Below are positions 38,141 to 50,034 of a DNA stretch of 64,000 nt, piece after piece. The DNA lies in assembly GCA_000934665.2 (NCBI GenBank), contig JYFJ02000552.1:1-64000 (forward strand). The letters are read 5' to 3'. The translations under genes were made by a program, and so were the position numbers. This DNA comes from Catajapyx aquilonaris (taxonomy: Eukaryota). Below the pieces are notes generated by a model, which was not told the origin of the DNA, searched no databases, and saw nothing but the letters and a program-made list of their open reading frames with translations. The stretch's first letter is position 1. Each line of letters opens with the position of its first letter.

Positions 38141-39695
38141 AAGACAACTGAGACAGAGGCGTATGACATGCTAATTTATGGTGAAGATGTGTCCCACAGC
38201 ATTCCGATGGTATATACAAGGCATTCACCGCGAGTCATGAACTAATTCTCTTTGTCGCATAAAACATAAGTTGCAATTTGTTTTGACTACATTGTAAACC
38301 GCAAAACATTAAAAGCGCATCACTGGTGAGTCTCTCATGGAACATCATTATTTAATGCCCTTCTAATGCTCTAGTGATTCTCCTGTGATGCTTTTTAGCA
38401 ACAAAAGCCTGACAAAAGCCCTGTAACCGTGATATTTTCAACATATTTTTACCTCTATTGCAAAATTTCTAAAATGGCCTATTCGCCCTTTCTCCTTATT
38501 GCTGACGATATAGGCCTACCAGTATCTTAATAGATGATAAAAAATTAATGTACATAAATTATGTAAATTATTATATAATATGTCATCTGGGATATCACTG
38601 AAAAAATCAATCCTGATTATATTCGTGTATCTTATCATGCCCTCAAATAACGACACTGTAAATATAATATCACCAAACTAACTTCATCATGTCACTGCAA
38701 CAGAGCGGGCAGTTTATTATGTTACAAAATGTAAGCTGGACGTAACAGTTGACGATACATACACGACTGGCTCGTGTGAGAGTTTTTTTCTCCAGCACCA
38801 TGGTGGTTTTTTCATTCCAAAAATTACCTTTAAAAGCTCTCAAAATATTAGTTGTTGCCGTATCTGTAATAAACGCACATTTTTTGCAAAATTGTGGGTC
38901 TAACCTGGATAAGTATGTCCAGCCAGTAACCCCATGCACCAGTGGATCCAATTAGGCCCCATGATATGTCTTAATCTCAGAGATTATTTGCAATTTATGG
39001 CCTCAGAAATGAAACTATGCCACCTTATAATATACAGTATACTATAATTATATAATGTAGACGAATATTTTAGCAAGTAGGCCTACTAAATTAATAACGT
39101 ATGCCAATGAGAACTCAGTTGGATGTTGGAACACACTATTATTATGCATGTGCATGTGTATCGTGGTACTTTGGAGCGTATTATTTATGTTCGCAGTAAA
39201 ATTATTGCGGAAATCTCTGCGTTTCCCATCAGTTCGGGCATTTTGTAACCTGACAAGCATCCTTCCATGCCATATTTTGGCAATAGCCTACATAATACAA
39301 GTAATATGGCGTTTCATTAGTGGATGGTGCCAGTCTTTGGCGTCAATTGACCGCTTGCCACTCCTCTTGTTCGTCTCTGCCCACTGGCATGACCGTAACA
39401 TGCGAAGCGACTGATTAAAGATGGCACGTAAGTGATTGTCTAGCTGCACAAGTCAAGGTCGGGTATATACACCTATTTCGTAGCTTGATTAATAAAAGGA
39501 AGCTTCTTTTTTTTTAAAAAAAAGGCAATGGAATCCTTCATAATGTCCATTGACGTCATGTGACAACCAATTCAAAAAATTATACACGATTCAGGGGAGT
39601 GGTACACCAGCAAGTATATATATATAACGAACAGGCAAATAATTTTGTACATTTCACAGTATTAGCTGTGGTTGACCAAACCTGCTGCTATAACA

Positions 39696-40558
39696 ATGAA
39701 GGTCGTCCTCTGTCTCGTCGTGCTGGCTGCATGCGCTGCTCTTATTGAAGGAGGAAAGGTAAACACTTTCTTGGTGCAAATCAACATGGGTATGTTTATT
39801 TAACAGTTGTCTTTTCTCAATTAGTCTAAGTGCAAATGCAGCGGCCCAAAACTGATCAGTGCTAACAGTGCATGTAAGAAAGAAACGAAGGACGGCGATA
39901 AAAGCGTGAGTAAAAATATAATTATATTTGTAATAATACTTGACTACATTAATGAAGCATAATATTCTTTATCAATACTTGTAATGAGAGAAAATTAAGC
40001 CATGGACGACCCTGAGCTCTGATGGGGTGGTATGTGTGTGGCGGGAGGGGGGATCCCCGGGATTGAGATCGACCCAGACCCTTACTACATCTGTGGGCGC
40101 GTACTGTATACGTGACCGCAGGGCCACCCCACCTCCCCACTATAACAGTAGAATAACACATTTTGTGTTTGTATTACTGTATATTCAATTGTAAATAAAA
40201 GCGGGATTTGATGGGCTGCGAGGACTAGTTTTACTAGGTCAGTCCAGAAATTTATCGGTAAAGTGTAACATACGGTACCTACATTTAACACCATAAACAA
40301 TATCATTATTATAAATCTAACATCACAATGCTTTGGTTCCAGAAATGTTTACACTGCATATTAAAAAAAACCGGAGAAGTAAGTAGGTCTAATTGGAGAT
40401 AAATAAGCAGAGTTTCAATTAAACTAATCCTAAATTGTTTTACTTTGTCTGTTTTAAAGGCTTCATTGAAGGCAGCACTTAATAACTGTCAAGAAGAACT
40501 GGGGGGACTACCCGACAATTTTAAAACCGTCATCGATTGCTTAAAGAGCAAATGTAAG

Positions 40559-40648
<90 letters not shown>

Positions 40649-41497
40649 GGTGGTGGTGATGATGATGAGGATGATAATGATGATGATTATGATTATATGA
40701 TGATTATGATGATGATGATGAACTCAAGTATGAGATTTTTTTGCCCTCACGCACACATAGGGCTGGGCATGGGACGTGGTACAGTACATTTGTGCACATT
40801 TTGCATGATTTTATCTGGCATCCTCTTTTTTCTAGAGCAGTTTGCAGGTTTCTTTAGGGTATCGTGAAAAATTATGAAAATGTTGAATGATTCGTCTATT
40901 TGTCATATGGGCGACGATGTAAGCTGACAAGGGACACTTTCCAAGTGCCACTCACCGATTCTCTTGAAATTCGGTCGAATTCGGTACATTGCATTGGTAG
41001 CCCACCCCAAGGTATAAAAACCGCACCTATAATAATTACCTGCTCAAAATGACCCCGTGACCACTCGTAAAAGGAAAACTCCAAATCCCCATTTTTGACG
41101 GCGTCTTCAAGTAACTTTCGTGGGAAATCATGACCTAGTGCATTATTAGACAGGAAATATCGCGAAATGTTCGAAATATCAAGCAGTTTATACCCAGAAT
41201 AATATGCTGACTACTCTGTGAACCGCAAATAGTAATTAATAGAACACCACTAGTGAGTCTCCCATGGAGTATGGAGCATCAATTTTTAATGCATCACTAG
41301 AGCATTATAAGAGCATTAAAATATGTTTTACATAAATTTAAAACATATTTTTTTCTCTTGTGTATCATGTGTAAGATTCAAAGAAAAGTCACTTTATTCC
41401 CTTTCTTTCAGGCGGCTCCAATTGCAAAAAAGGAAGTTGCGACAAAGGCTACTCTGATGCGTGTGTGTGTGTCGAGAATGAGGATATGATTTGCTAA
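39696..41497 (+). CDS. Small secreted Cys-rich protein S2 (about 119 aa), paralog of S1
   Basis: TATA run near 39615. Exons 39696-39758, 39825-39905, 40343-40378, 40460-40553 and 41412-41497. Protein MKVVLCLVVLAACAALIEGGK|SKCKCSGPKLISANSACKKETKDGDKS|KCLHCILKKTGE|ASLKAALNNCQEELGGLPDNFKTVIDCLKSK|CGSNCKKGSCDKGYSDACVCVENEDMIC*. AATAAA near 41563. Confidence 0.8.
39998..40138 (-). repeat. Degenerate SINE head related to the 49221 SINE, in intron 2 of S2
   Basis: Minus-strand gggaggtggggtggccctgcggtcacg...aagggtctgggtcgatctcaatcccgggga resembles gggagatgaagtggcgccgcggtaacg...aaggtcctgggttcaatccccacccgggg. Confidence 0.4.
40559..40647. repeat. (AAT)n microsatellite followed by degenerate (GAT)n, in intron 4 of S2
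   Basis: Directly visible. Confidence 0.95.
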
Positions 41498-42555
41498 GGA
41501 AAAATCCATTGTAAACAGCTCCAATACACGTCATATACTGCTGTACTTCGCTTCATTATACAAATAAAAGCACTGTGCACTTGCAACTGCAAAATCGCAT
41601 TAAGGTCCCTAAACATTCCACCCAATTCTGTCCAGATATACTCTTTAACTTCAATTGCGCCAAGTGGCAACAGACATTCCCTCCAACCCCAGAAAGATGG
41701 AGATGCAATCCGGCGGATATGTGTTCATTGTTGAGGGGCAGTCTTCCAGCTCTTCCTACAACAATGACTTAAATGAGAAGCAAAATGAAAATTTCAATGA
41801 CAATATTTAAATATTCCTCTAAAAGTGAACAAGGTAAAAGGTCCCCAAAGTAAAAATTTTAGTAACTCTTCCATTGAGGCTGTTGGGCATTTCCTTTCTG
41901 TACCTTGACTAAATTGGGTTTCACCCAGTCGGTGTTGCATAGTCTTCAGCTTGTGTCCACAGGTAGGCTACTCCTGAATGGCAGAAATAATGCTGCCTCA
42001 GAGCAGCCTGGAAGTACTTTCATCTTACTTGTGAGGGTTTTCTTCACATTTCAGAAAAATCAAAACCATCTAATATTCCCCTTCTTCACATGATTAGTTG
42101 TAGTATACTATTATAAACTAAAGAGTTTGTAGAGTGTATAAAAAGCAGAGGTTTGGAAGTGATAAAGAAACGAAGCAGTGGAGGCAATGTTGCGTACTTC
42201 ACCAAACTTACTCATCCCACCCAACCAGCTCCATCTCCTCCTCTACCTTCCTCCTGAATTGGTCAGACTTCTTCCAACCTACGCCAGAAATTAAAATTGG
42301 CGCTTTTCATAAGGGACACTCATTAGATCAAGCAACAAATCAGAAAGGTTCTTGCAGATTGCAACAATTATGGTGGGACACAATAGCCAGAAATGAAGTT
42401 GGAAGGGCCAAGAATGAACCAATAAACATCTCAGCAAGGATACATGAGCCACATACTCGCAGGATTTCTTTAAACTTGCCAATAGTACACGTACTGTAGG
42501 CTACTTATACCTACTTAGACCCAGCTTAGACCTAACCCTTTTTCCTTTCTGTTTA

Positions 42556-45500
42556 TCATACATTAACTGAGAATAATCTTTCAAGCCATGACACCTCATT
42601 GTTCAGGAAATCTGTGTCCTCAAAGGTGAATTGTCCCGACACCACATCGGGGACATTTTGAAGATCTTGGAAGAAATCACTGTTGTTGTCAAAGCCGTGA
42701 CATTCTGAGCAGTTATTTTCACTTCCATATGACCCATCTGAAGTAACGGGCACATTATTGGGATAAGTCAAATCAGAATAATAGCCATCAAATTCAGTAG
42801 TGTTGGCAGCAGCACTATCAGGGACACAGTACTGCTCATACCGGTCATTACTTCCATTATCTGATGTTTCGTGGCTCACTTGTGAATATGACACTGATGT
42901 CGTACAGTAATTGACAGACTCGTTTTGTTTTTCTGCACAGCTTGCTGAGGAATTGTCTAGCGTAGGCACAACATTTTCCAAGTCACACTCGAAATTAGGC
43001 AAGAAAGAAATGTCAAAATCTTCAAATGTGGCATCTTGAATGGAGTCAACTAAGGACTCGTACCCCAAAAGTCCATCCGTAAATGTAGTTGATCCTTCAT
43101 CAGAAGCATCTGTAAGGGTTTTAAAAATTATGATAACTTGCTGTTTCAGTGCTAGGCTTCATTTTCAAACATATGAGAGTATGATTGTAATGTACTTGTA
43201 CAAATAAATATTGTAAGTGACTTTCAAATCTTCAATATTTTTCCGTTTAATAGTTTTCTTGTAAAATAAAACTTGTCGACTGATATTTACGTTAATTTTT
43301 TTACCACACTGAGTTTCCCCAAGCACATTCCATATTGATATAAACTTTGCCAGTCATTTAACATGTGTGAGGCGGGAAGACAAACAATAATATATATTCT
43401 ACACACACTGTGCAGGGGTTTGCCATTTCAATGGATAGTAACAACTAATAAGAAGGCATACTGACCTGTGCACATGTACTCTTTATTTGTTGATGTGTGC
43501 CTGACTTTGTACTCACACAGATCAAACTGTGTGTAAGGATTTACATTGAGGCTGCCAAAAGCCTCCTGCAATTCTTCAACGTCATTGGAACCCAGGCACA
43601 CATTATCTTCAGTATGCAAATCGCTTATTTCTTGAAGGTCACTCAGTTTTGTCAGCAGTTTTGGAAACAACACAGAAGCATTTCGAGGACCATACTGACA
43701 TTCCATGTACCTTAACGAGAGAAAAAAAAACTTCATATGACATTTAATTTAATGAAAAATTACATTATGCCTAGGTCAAATGAGTTGAATTCACACCTTT
43801 TCAATATGAGTATGTATTTCTCCTGAATAGAGGACACTCGCTCAGGGTCAGATAGTCCGGCACGTTCAGGACAGAATATTACGAGAAGGCAAAGAAGCAT
43901 TGATGTTTTCTGATCTGGTTGAAGGTCCTGGAAGCCTTTTATGAATTTCCTATTTCGTTCACACAATTCTGGCATCAACACTTTTTCCAGTTCTTCAATT
44001 TCCAGTGTCACAGGAATCCATTCTTCCTACAGAGGGGTTGGGAGAGAGAACAAATAATTATGCATAAGAGAATCTGTATAAAATCTTGCCAATTCATAAT
44101 ATGCCACCTTCCTGTTCCGCTTTTCAGTTGGTAAAACAATGGACCAGAGAAAAACCATCAAAAGTTATGGGAACGTTTACCTGTCAGTACAGTTCAACTA
44201 CTGAACTGTCCAGTTAGAGCTTTGTTAAAAATCACAATTAGCTGCAAATTTCAATGTATTTTCTTACAAATACTTTCAGAGGTTATCGAAAGTAGGTATT
44301 AGTTGTTAATACAAGGTCAATTACTATTAGTACAGATAGTAATAGATGGCGGTCTTATGAGTCCAACCACTGACATTCGTTTGTAACCATTCAGACAAGC
44401 CCAAGGAAGCAGCATGGGGTTCCGCACACTGCGTTAGAACATGTGGTTTCAGTCTATTGGGATCAGGGCCACGTGTAAAGGCATACATAATGTGCAAATT
44501 AAAGCTTAACTAGTTCATTCAAGTGGTCTTACCTCCGTATCATGTACATATTGTGGTATCTTGTAGTAGTTCTTTTCTTCATCATAGTTGGCAGCCCCCT
44601 GAAGGAAGCAAATTTCAAGAATCCCTGCTCCTAGTAAAATTCTCTGATCCCCAGCAGATAATTCAGCAAATAACGGCAGCATCTTGATCATGTGATTGCA
44701 ACGCAAAAGGAGCTTTGCAAGCATGTATGTTGCCTAAGAAATCATATTATACAATACGTATTACAATATTAAATACCCTAGACAAAGGGTTTCTAATTTA
44801 GTACAACAAACTTCTACTGTTAACTCCTAATCAGTAGTTGATAACTTCATGTAACGTGCAGGCCCTCTCCACAATTTGGTTAACTGGAGAGGTAAGATCA
44901 TAATATTTACGACATGCAGTTTTACCAATGGCACAGTTAATCACTGTCAAAAACCTTTTCAGAAGAAATATTGGCAGATTTACTGCAGCGGTGCTTTTAT
45001 CTACAGCAGGCACAGTCTGTTTGGCGTTACAACAAAAATGGACTTACCTTCTGTCCTTTCCTCCTTTCTGCTGAAAGTGGATATTGCTTTATAGATTCCC
45101 TGACTGTGGTCATTAATTCATTGATTACAACCAATTCCTCCTCGCTAAGAAATTCTGGCAATTTCTGAGGGTTAGGATTGTATGTCTCCAACTCCTTTCT
45201 TCGTAAAGGCTCTGATTTTTTAAGATCTTGTTTGGACTCCTTCAGTTGCTTCCTCTCATCTTCACTGCGGACCCAGGCAGGCTCCATGCCTATGCTTCGA
45301 CAACTGTCGAAACGACAACTTTGGCAACACTTGCGCCTCAGAGACCGCATCTAATTTGAGACAAGCATTTAGGAAATTGGTTATTAAGTCTCTATACTTG
45401 CATAAAATCCATTCAATATACCTCACAGTTTCCATCAAAAGCACATATGTAGTCCTTGTACAATTCACGTTGCACAGCACGTCGGAAGAAGGCCTTACAG

Positions 45501-45764
45501 CTGTCACAAGATATGCCACCAAAGTGATAACTTCTGGCACGATCTCCACATACGCCACACACTTTATGACGTTTTGATTTTCCAGCAGATGGTGTTGAAG
45601 TAACTGTCAATTTTGAGATATTAAGGTGACTATCAACATATTGTATGAAAATGGTTTTCTTTATTACTCACTACTTCAATGATTCAGTGATTTCTCATCA
45701 CAGAAATGATTACAACAAATAAGAAGAAAAAGGCAGACTTACCAGCATTGACTTTAGTTGCCAT
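42556..45764 (-). CDS. Nuclear hormone receptor NR-F, NR1 family (HR96/HR97-like), about 578 aa
   Basis: Exons 45764-45743, 45603-45422, 45350-45048, 44733-44533, 44026-43797, 43710-43466 and 43109-42556. DBD CGVCGDRARSYHFGGISCDSCKAFFRR; LBD KMLPLFAELSAGDQRILL. Confidence 0.9.
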
Positions 45765-46456
45765 TTTTAGATGCTTCCTAAGGAAGACATACCATGCAGT
45801 TCAGTGTGGGTAGTCTAATATGGACTCATATACCAATCAGATTTTACAGTTTCACAATATTAGCTCGACTCAGTTGGCTTTCTTATGAAATACTATCCGC
45901 CTGTGGAAGCGGCTGGTTGGATGAAATGAAATGCTCTCATGTTCACTCTTATCAGTCTATTATTTCTTCCCGTGTTAGTCCAAAGATCAATACTGTGCGT
46001 ATAACAAAAAAAAGGTGAGATAAGTTTTGTTCTAACAAGATAGCGTGATCATAAGCAAAGTCCTCATTGTATAGCAATCAGAAGGAATATGACTGACACA
46101 AGTCACGCACATGGGCTCACCAACAAAAAGACGTGCTTCGCCAACTTTCCCAACTCCTCCTTTAACAAGTCCCTCAGCATCACAATTTCAGCCCACAAGC
46201 ATACAGCATTTTCAACAGTCAGCTGATATACAGCACACTAGGTAGCCTATACAGGGGAGAATGAGTTTGCCTTTTTGGGAACTACTGGAAGGAAGTAGGA
46301 GTGTACATGGCATCGTGTATGGAACTGATCTGTCATTGTACTGTACCTATAAGGCACGTCTCCCTTGCTGCAATATTCCATTATCAGCTGGTGATATCAG
46401 TACAGCAGACACTCAGAAGTGACATCTTAGAATTGAGACATTCAGAATATTCATTT

Positions 46457-46585
46457 AGGGTCGGTTTCACCATGCCCGGTTTTCATAAGTACCCCGGTTC
46501 TGTCGGAAAATCCCTATTCTATTAGCAGGGATTTCCCGAAAGAACCGGGGTTTTTATGAAAACCGGGCTTGGTGAAACCGCCCCT
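46457..46585. mobile_element. Short hairpin MITE-like element
   Basis: gggtcggtttcaccatgcccggttttcataa...gaaaatccct is mirrored by agggatttcccga...ttatgaaaaccgggcttggtgaaaccgcccc. Confidence 0.6.
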
Positions 46586-49029
46586 TGGATAATAACACTA
46601 CTATATTTACAAGGTTTTTGGCCCATGAACAATTTTAGCTGTTTCTAATGCATTCACATGCGCTGACTCCAAATATGAAGTCAGAAAGATGAAACAGGTC
46701 ATGTAATGTGTGTGTGAGTTGAGATGCCAAAGTGATCTATCTGGAGAGTGGAGACAGAAGGAATTTTCAGGAGAGTCGATTTTCTGATGCGACCATTTCA
46801 CTTTAGCATACTTGTTTTTAGTGGTGTCCACTGAGGGATATGTAACATTTATAATATGTTATCAGTGTTCACCAGAGGACTATTTAACAGCAGATATGAC
46901 ACGAATAATAATATTACTGAGTTACGAAGACATGCTGATAATTTTTGCCTCCATGGACATAAATGCATAATACATGTCACAGGACAATGAGAGTGACATC
47001 AGATGAAAGCCTGGAATGTCCTCTTCAAAACAATATTTTGTATTTCCTTTTCTTCGTAATCACAACCAACTGAAGTAAACTTGCGCCAACGATGTATCTG
47101 TGTTCTTCCCTCTCGTCAACATAGGATTCTGGACTGTGGGAGCGGCATCAAGCGTGATCATCAGCCTCAACTTAGGCATTGCAGATGTAAGTACAGAGTG
47201 CCCTTCATCAGGTGTGTGTACATTTTTGGGGAAAGAAAAAAGTCGCAGGGCACAATATCTGGGCTTCATACCTTGGATGAGGAAGAAACGGATCACTGGA
47301 TGGCTGTCATTGCTGTGGAGCTGTCACTTCAACCTAATAAAAAGAGTTACAAGTGACTGGCTCAAGGGTTCAACAAGCCTCTGTCAATACATATGACGAC
47401 GACTTTCCTTCATTACGGAGGTTGCTAATTCAAAATGCTACCAAAGAAGTCTCCACAAACAAGTGCAAGTGTAGATCATCATCGTTTTATTACAAATTCA
47501 GTTCCCTACTGTTTCTGACATTTTCCAGGAAACTATGGCTGTTCAATAGAACACATGGCAGGTACAGTTAATCCCAGCAAATAATAGTACAGAAATTGTA
47601 GGCTTGTACTTGCTAGTTCCATTGTTGATAGTCATTGTTGCACATTGTGAGGTCATACATAATCTGCAATTGAATGAACTGCATTGTACACCAATCCACC
47701 CCTTATGATTTGCATTAACAAAATAATTACCCAGATTCCGCCTGCCATCAACCTAATTCTCCTTATGTTCTCATTGCAATCCGTTGGGAGCTATATCGCC
47801 TTTCCCCGAACACAACTCTTGTTTTTGATAGTACTAATGACTAATGCAGTTGATGTAACTAAGGCTGCACAATCCACCCAACCCATGACAACATCCATAG
47901 GCAGATTTTACCTTTCTGTGAATTATTTTGTAGGCTCCCTCATAATCCCCACTGCTTCTCAGCCGATATTACACTCATCTGGAGGTGACACTTTCCTAGT
48001 CGTGGAAAATATTTACCATCCAATTTATCCCTGATCCAAGTTGTCAACAATCTTCAACGTACAACTGGATCGTGACTCGCATTTAAACATCAGCAATTCA
48101 CAAGATTCAGTTCAGAGATATGCACACCATGTACAAAATACACATTCAATTTCAGTATTGTTTTATTGATTCAATATTTTATGCCAATCATGCTAACATT
48201 GAGTACAAAATTTTCAGGCACACCAGGGTGTTACGTGACCCACGCACAAACCTATTATGAGTAATCAATGTCTTTATGGCATTTATGAACTCTACACTAC
48301 AGACACACACAAAAAGGACACAAAAATGTATTTTGTATAGTTTAGGGTATTACAGATTCTCTCATTTCAGTAAAACCAGTCAGGATATCTTCATAACAGC
48401 TTCTCATTTACCTCATGGCAAAAGGTTTAATGCCAGAATTAGTTCATGGCAAAAAATTGGGACACGCCTTTCTTAAAACCAAGATTCAACAATTCACATT
48501 ATCAACATACAAACATTATAAAACAAGGAATTAAAATAATTACTTCACAGTGTAGTTATGCCAATAAATTACAGATCTTTTAAAGTTGATAATTGCAGAT
48601 GTAACGTATGCCACACAATTTATTTGGTACACATGAAATCTACACTGCAAGTGCATTTCCATGTCTTCAACAAATACTGAAATCAATAAAAGCACGAGAA
48701 ATGGAAGAGTAACTTACACAATACTTGGGAAACACTTGGTCTATGGAATAGATAAATTGGAAGTTTAATTGTAATTACTAAAGAGGCATTTTGCTGCCAA
48801 CTCCGAGTAGCACTCACATTGACACTAATACAGTAAAACCCTGATTAGATGACTTGGGATAAAGTGAAGTCCACACAAGTAAAACCAATTCTCTGGCAAA
48901 AAGGAGAGAAATGTCAAAGGTAAGATACGATGAAATTAGGATTACCCTGTGACAGGCCTCCTTGGGGCTTTTAGGGGTTCATCTTTTCATTAACAGTCTT
49001 TAATCATTGCCTGTGCTGTGATGGATTGT

Positions 49030-49192
49030 GATTGTGGTACGAAATGGGAGAGCCCCGAGAAAATCCCCGTGAACACAGAGAGAACCCATTGAAACTCTAT
49101 GCACATAAGCAGCCTCTATCCGACCCAGGGATCGAACTCGGGACCTCAGATGTGGAAGTCTCTGGTGATAACCATTACACCACTGTGCTGCC
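49030..49192 (-). repeat. tRNA-derived SINE fragment
   Basis: Minus strand has an A box TGGTGTAATGG and a B box GAGTTCGATCC, followed by the SINE-body-like tgtgcatagagttt...gggttctctctgtgttcacggggattttctcgggg. Confidence 0.6.
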
Positions 49193-49220
49193 CTTAGGAT
49201 GCTATACAGGGTGAAGGGAA

Positions 49221-49588
49221 GGGAGATGAAGTGGCGCCGCGGTAACGCGCGCCCCCACGGATATTAAGGTCCTGGGTTCAATCCCCACCCGGGGTTCCCA
49301 CCTTTATCCGTGCAGAGTTGGCCCATCTCTGGCTTCATTTCGGGTGGCAATTTCCAACAGACTAAGCCACCCGGGAGAGTTCACAAAATGACCAAGTTCA
49401 GACACTGCACTGCACATTGCACATCCCCTCCTATTCATCCCCCCTTCGCTCGTGGTACCCGGGCGATACGGAAAAGGACCACCTGTAATAAAAAGCTTGT
49501 ACAGCTTAAGAAATAAAGGTACCATGCCAGATGCCCAATTAGGGCGGTGCACTAACCCAATTATAATTATTATAATAATTATTATTAT
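49221..49588 (+). mobile_element. Full-length tRNA-derived SINE with (ATT)n tail and 16-bp TSD
   Basis: A-box-like GTGGCGCCGCGGT, B box GGTTCAATCCC, (ATT)n tail. TACAGGGTGAAGGGAA is duplicated at 49205-49220 and 49589-49604. Confidence 0.8.
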
Positions 49589-49652
49589 TACAGGGTGAAG
49601 GGAAACTCGCGCCCAATCACCAGGTAGACTGATAGTACTTGCAAAACTAATA

Positions 49653-50034
49653 CAGGGTGGACCAACTTCAAGTGTCGTTTTATAACGGCTATTAATAGAA
49701 GCGCTTTACGATTGACGTAGCAGCGACGTGTAAAATGTCCCACTTCGGCGCCATGTAATGAACCTGCTGCAACGAGTGCAACCACATGCGGCACCAATGC
49801 CAATCCGGCAGTCCGCAAAGAAGGCATTTCACCCAGGCGCATCTCAGGTCATGTGTGCACCTCCTTTTTTCCAGGTCAACCCAGCAGCAGGGTTGATTAC
49901 ATGTGTGCTGCTGTTGGCAGCTAATATTTTCGATGGCGCCGAAGTGGGACATTTTACACGTTGCTGCTACGTCATCGCAAAATCACTGCTATTAATCGCC
50001 GTTATAAAACGACACTTGAAGTTGGTCCACCCTG
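49653..50034. mobile_element. Tc1/mariner-type MITE (inner)
   Basis: TA-flanked, ~100-bp TIRs CAGGGTGGACCAACTTCAAGTGTCGTTTTATAACGGC...GCCGTTATAAAACGACACTTGAAGTTGGTCCACCCTG. Confidence 0.85.

Noticed and set aside
40445..40867. 140-aa ORF with poly-Asn
   Set aside because: S2 exon 4 read into the intronic (AAT)n repeat.
47060..47480. Possible LINE reverse-transcriptase relic (QYLGF)
   Set aside because: Only a very short motif in broken frames; not supportable without a search.
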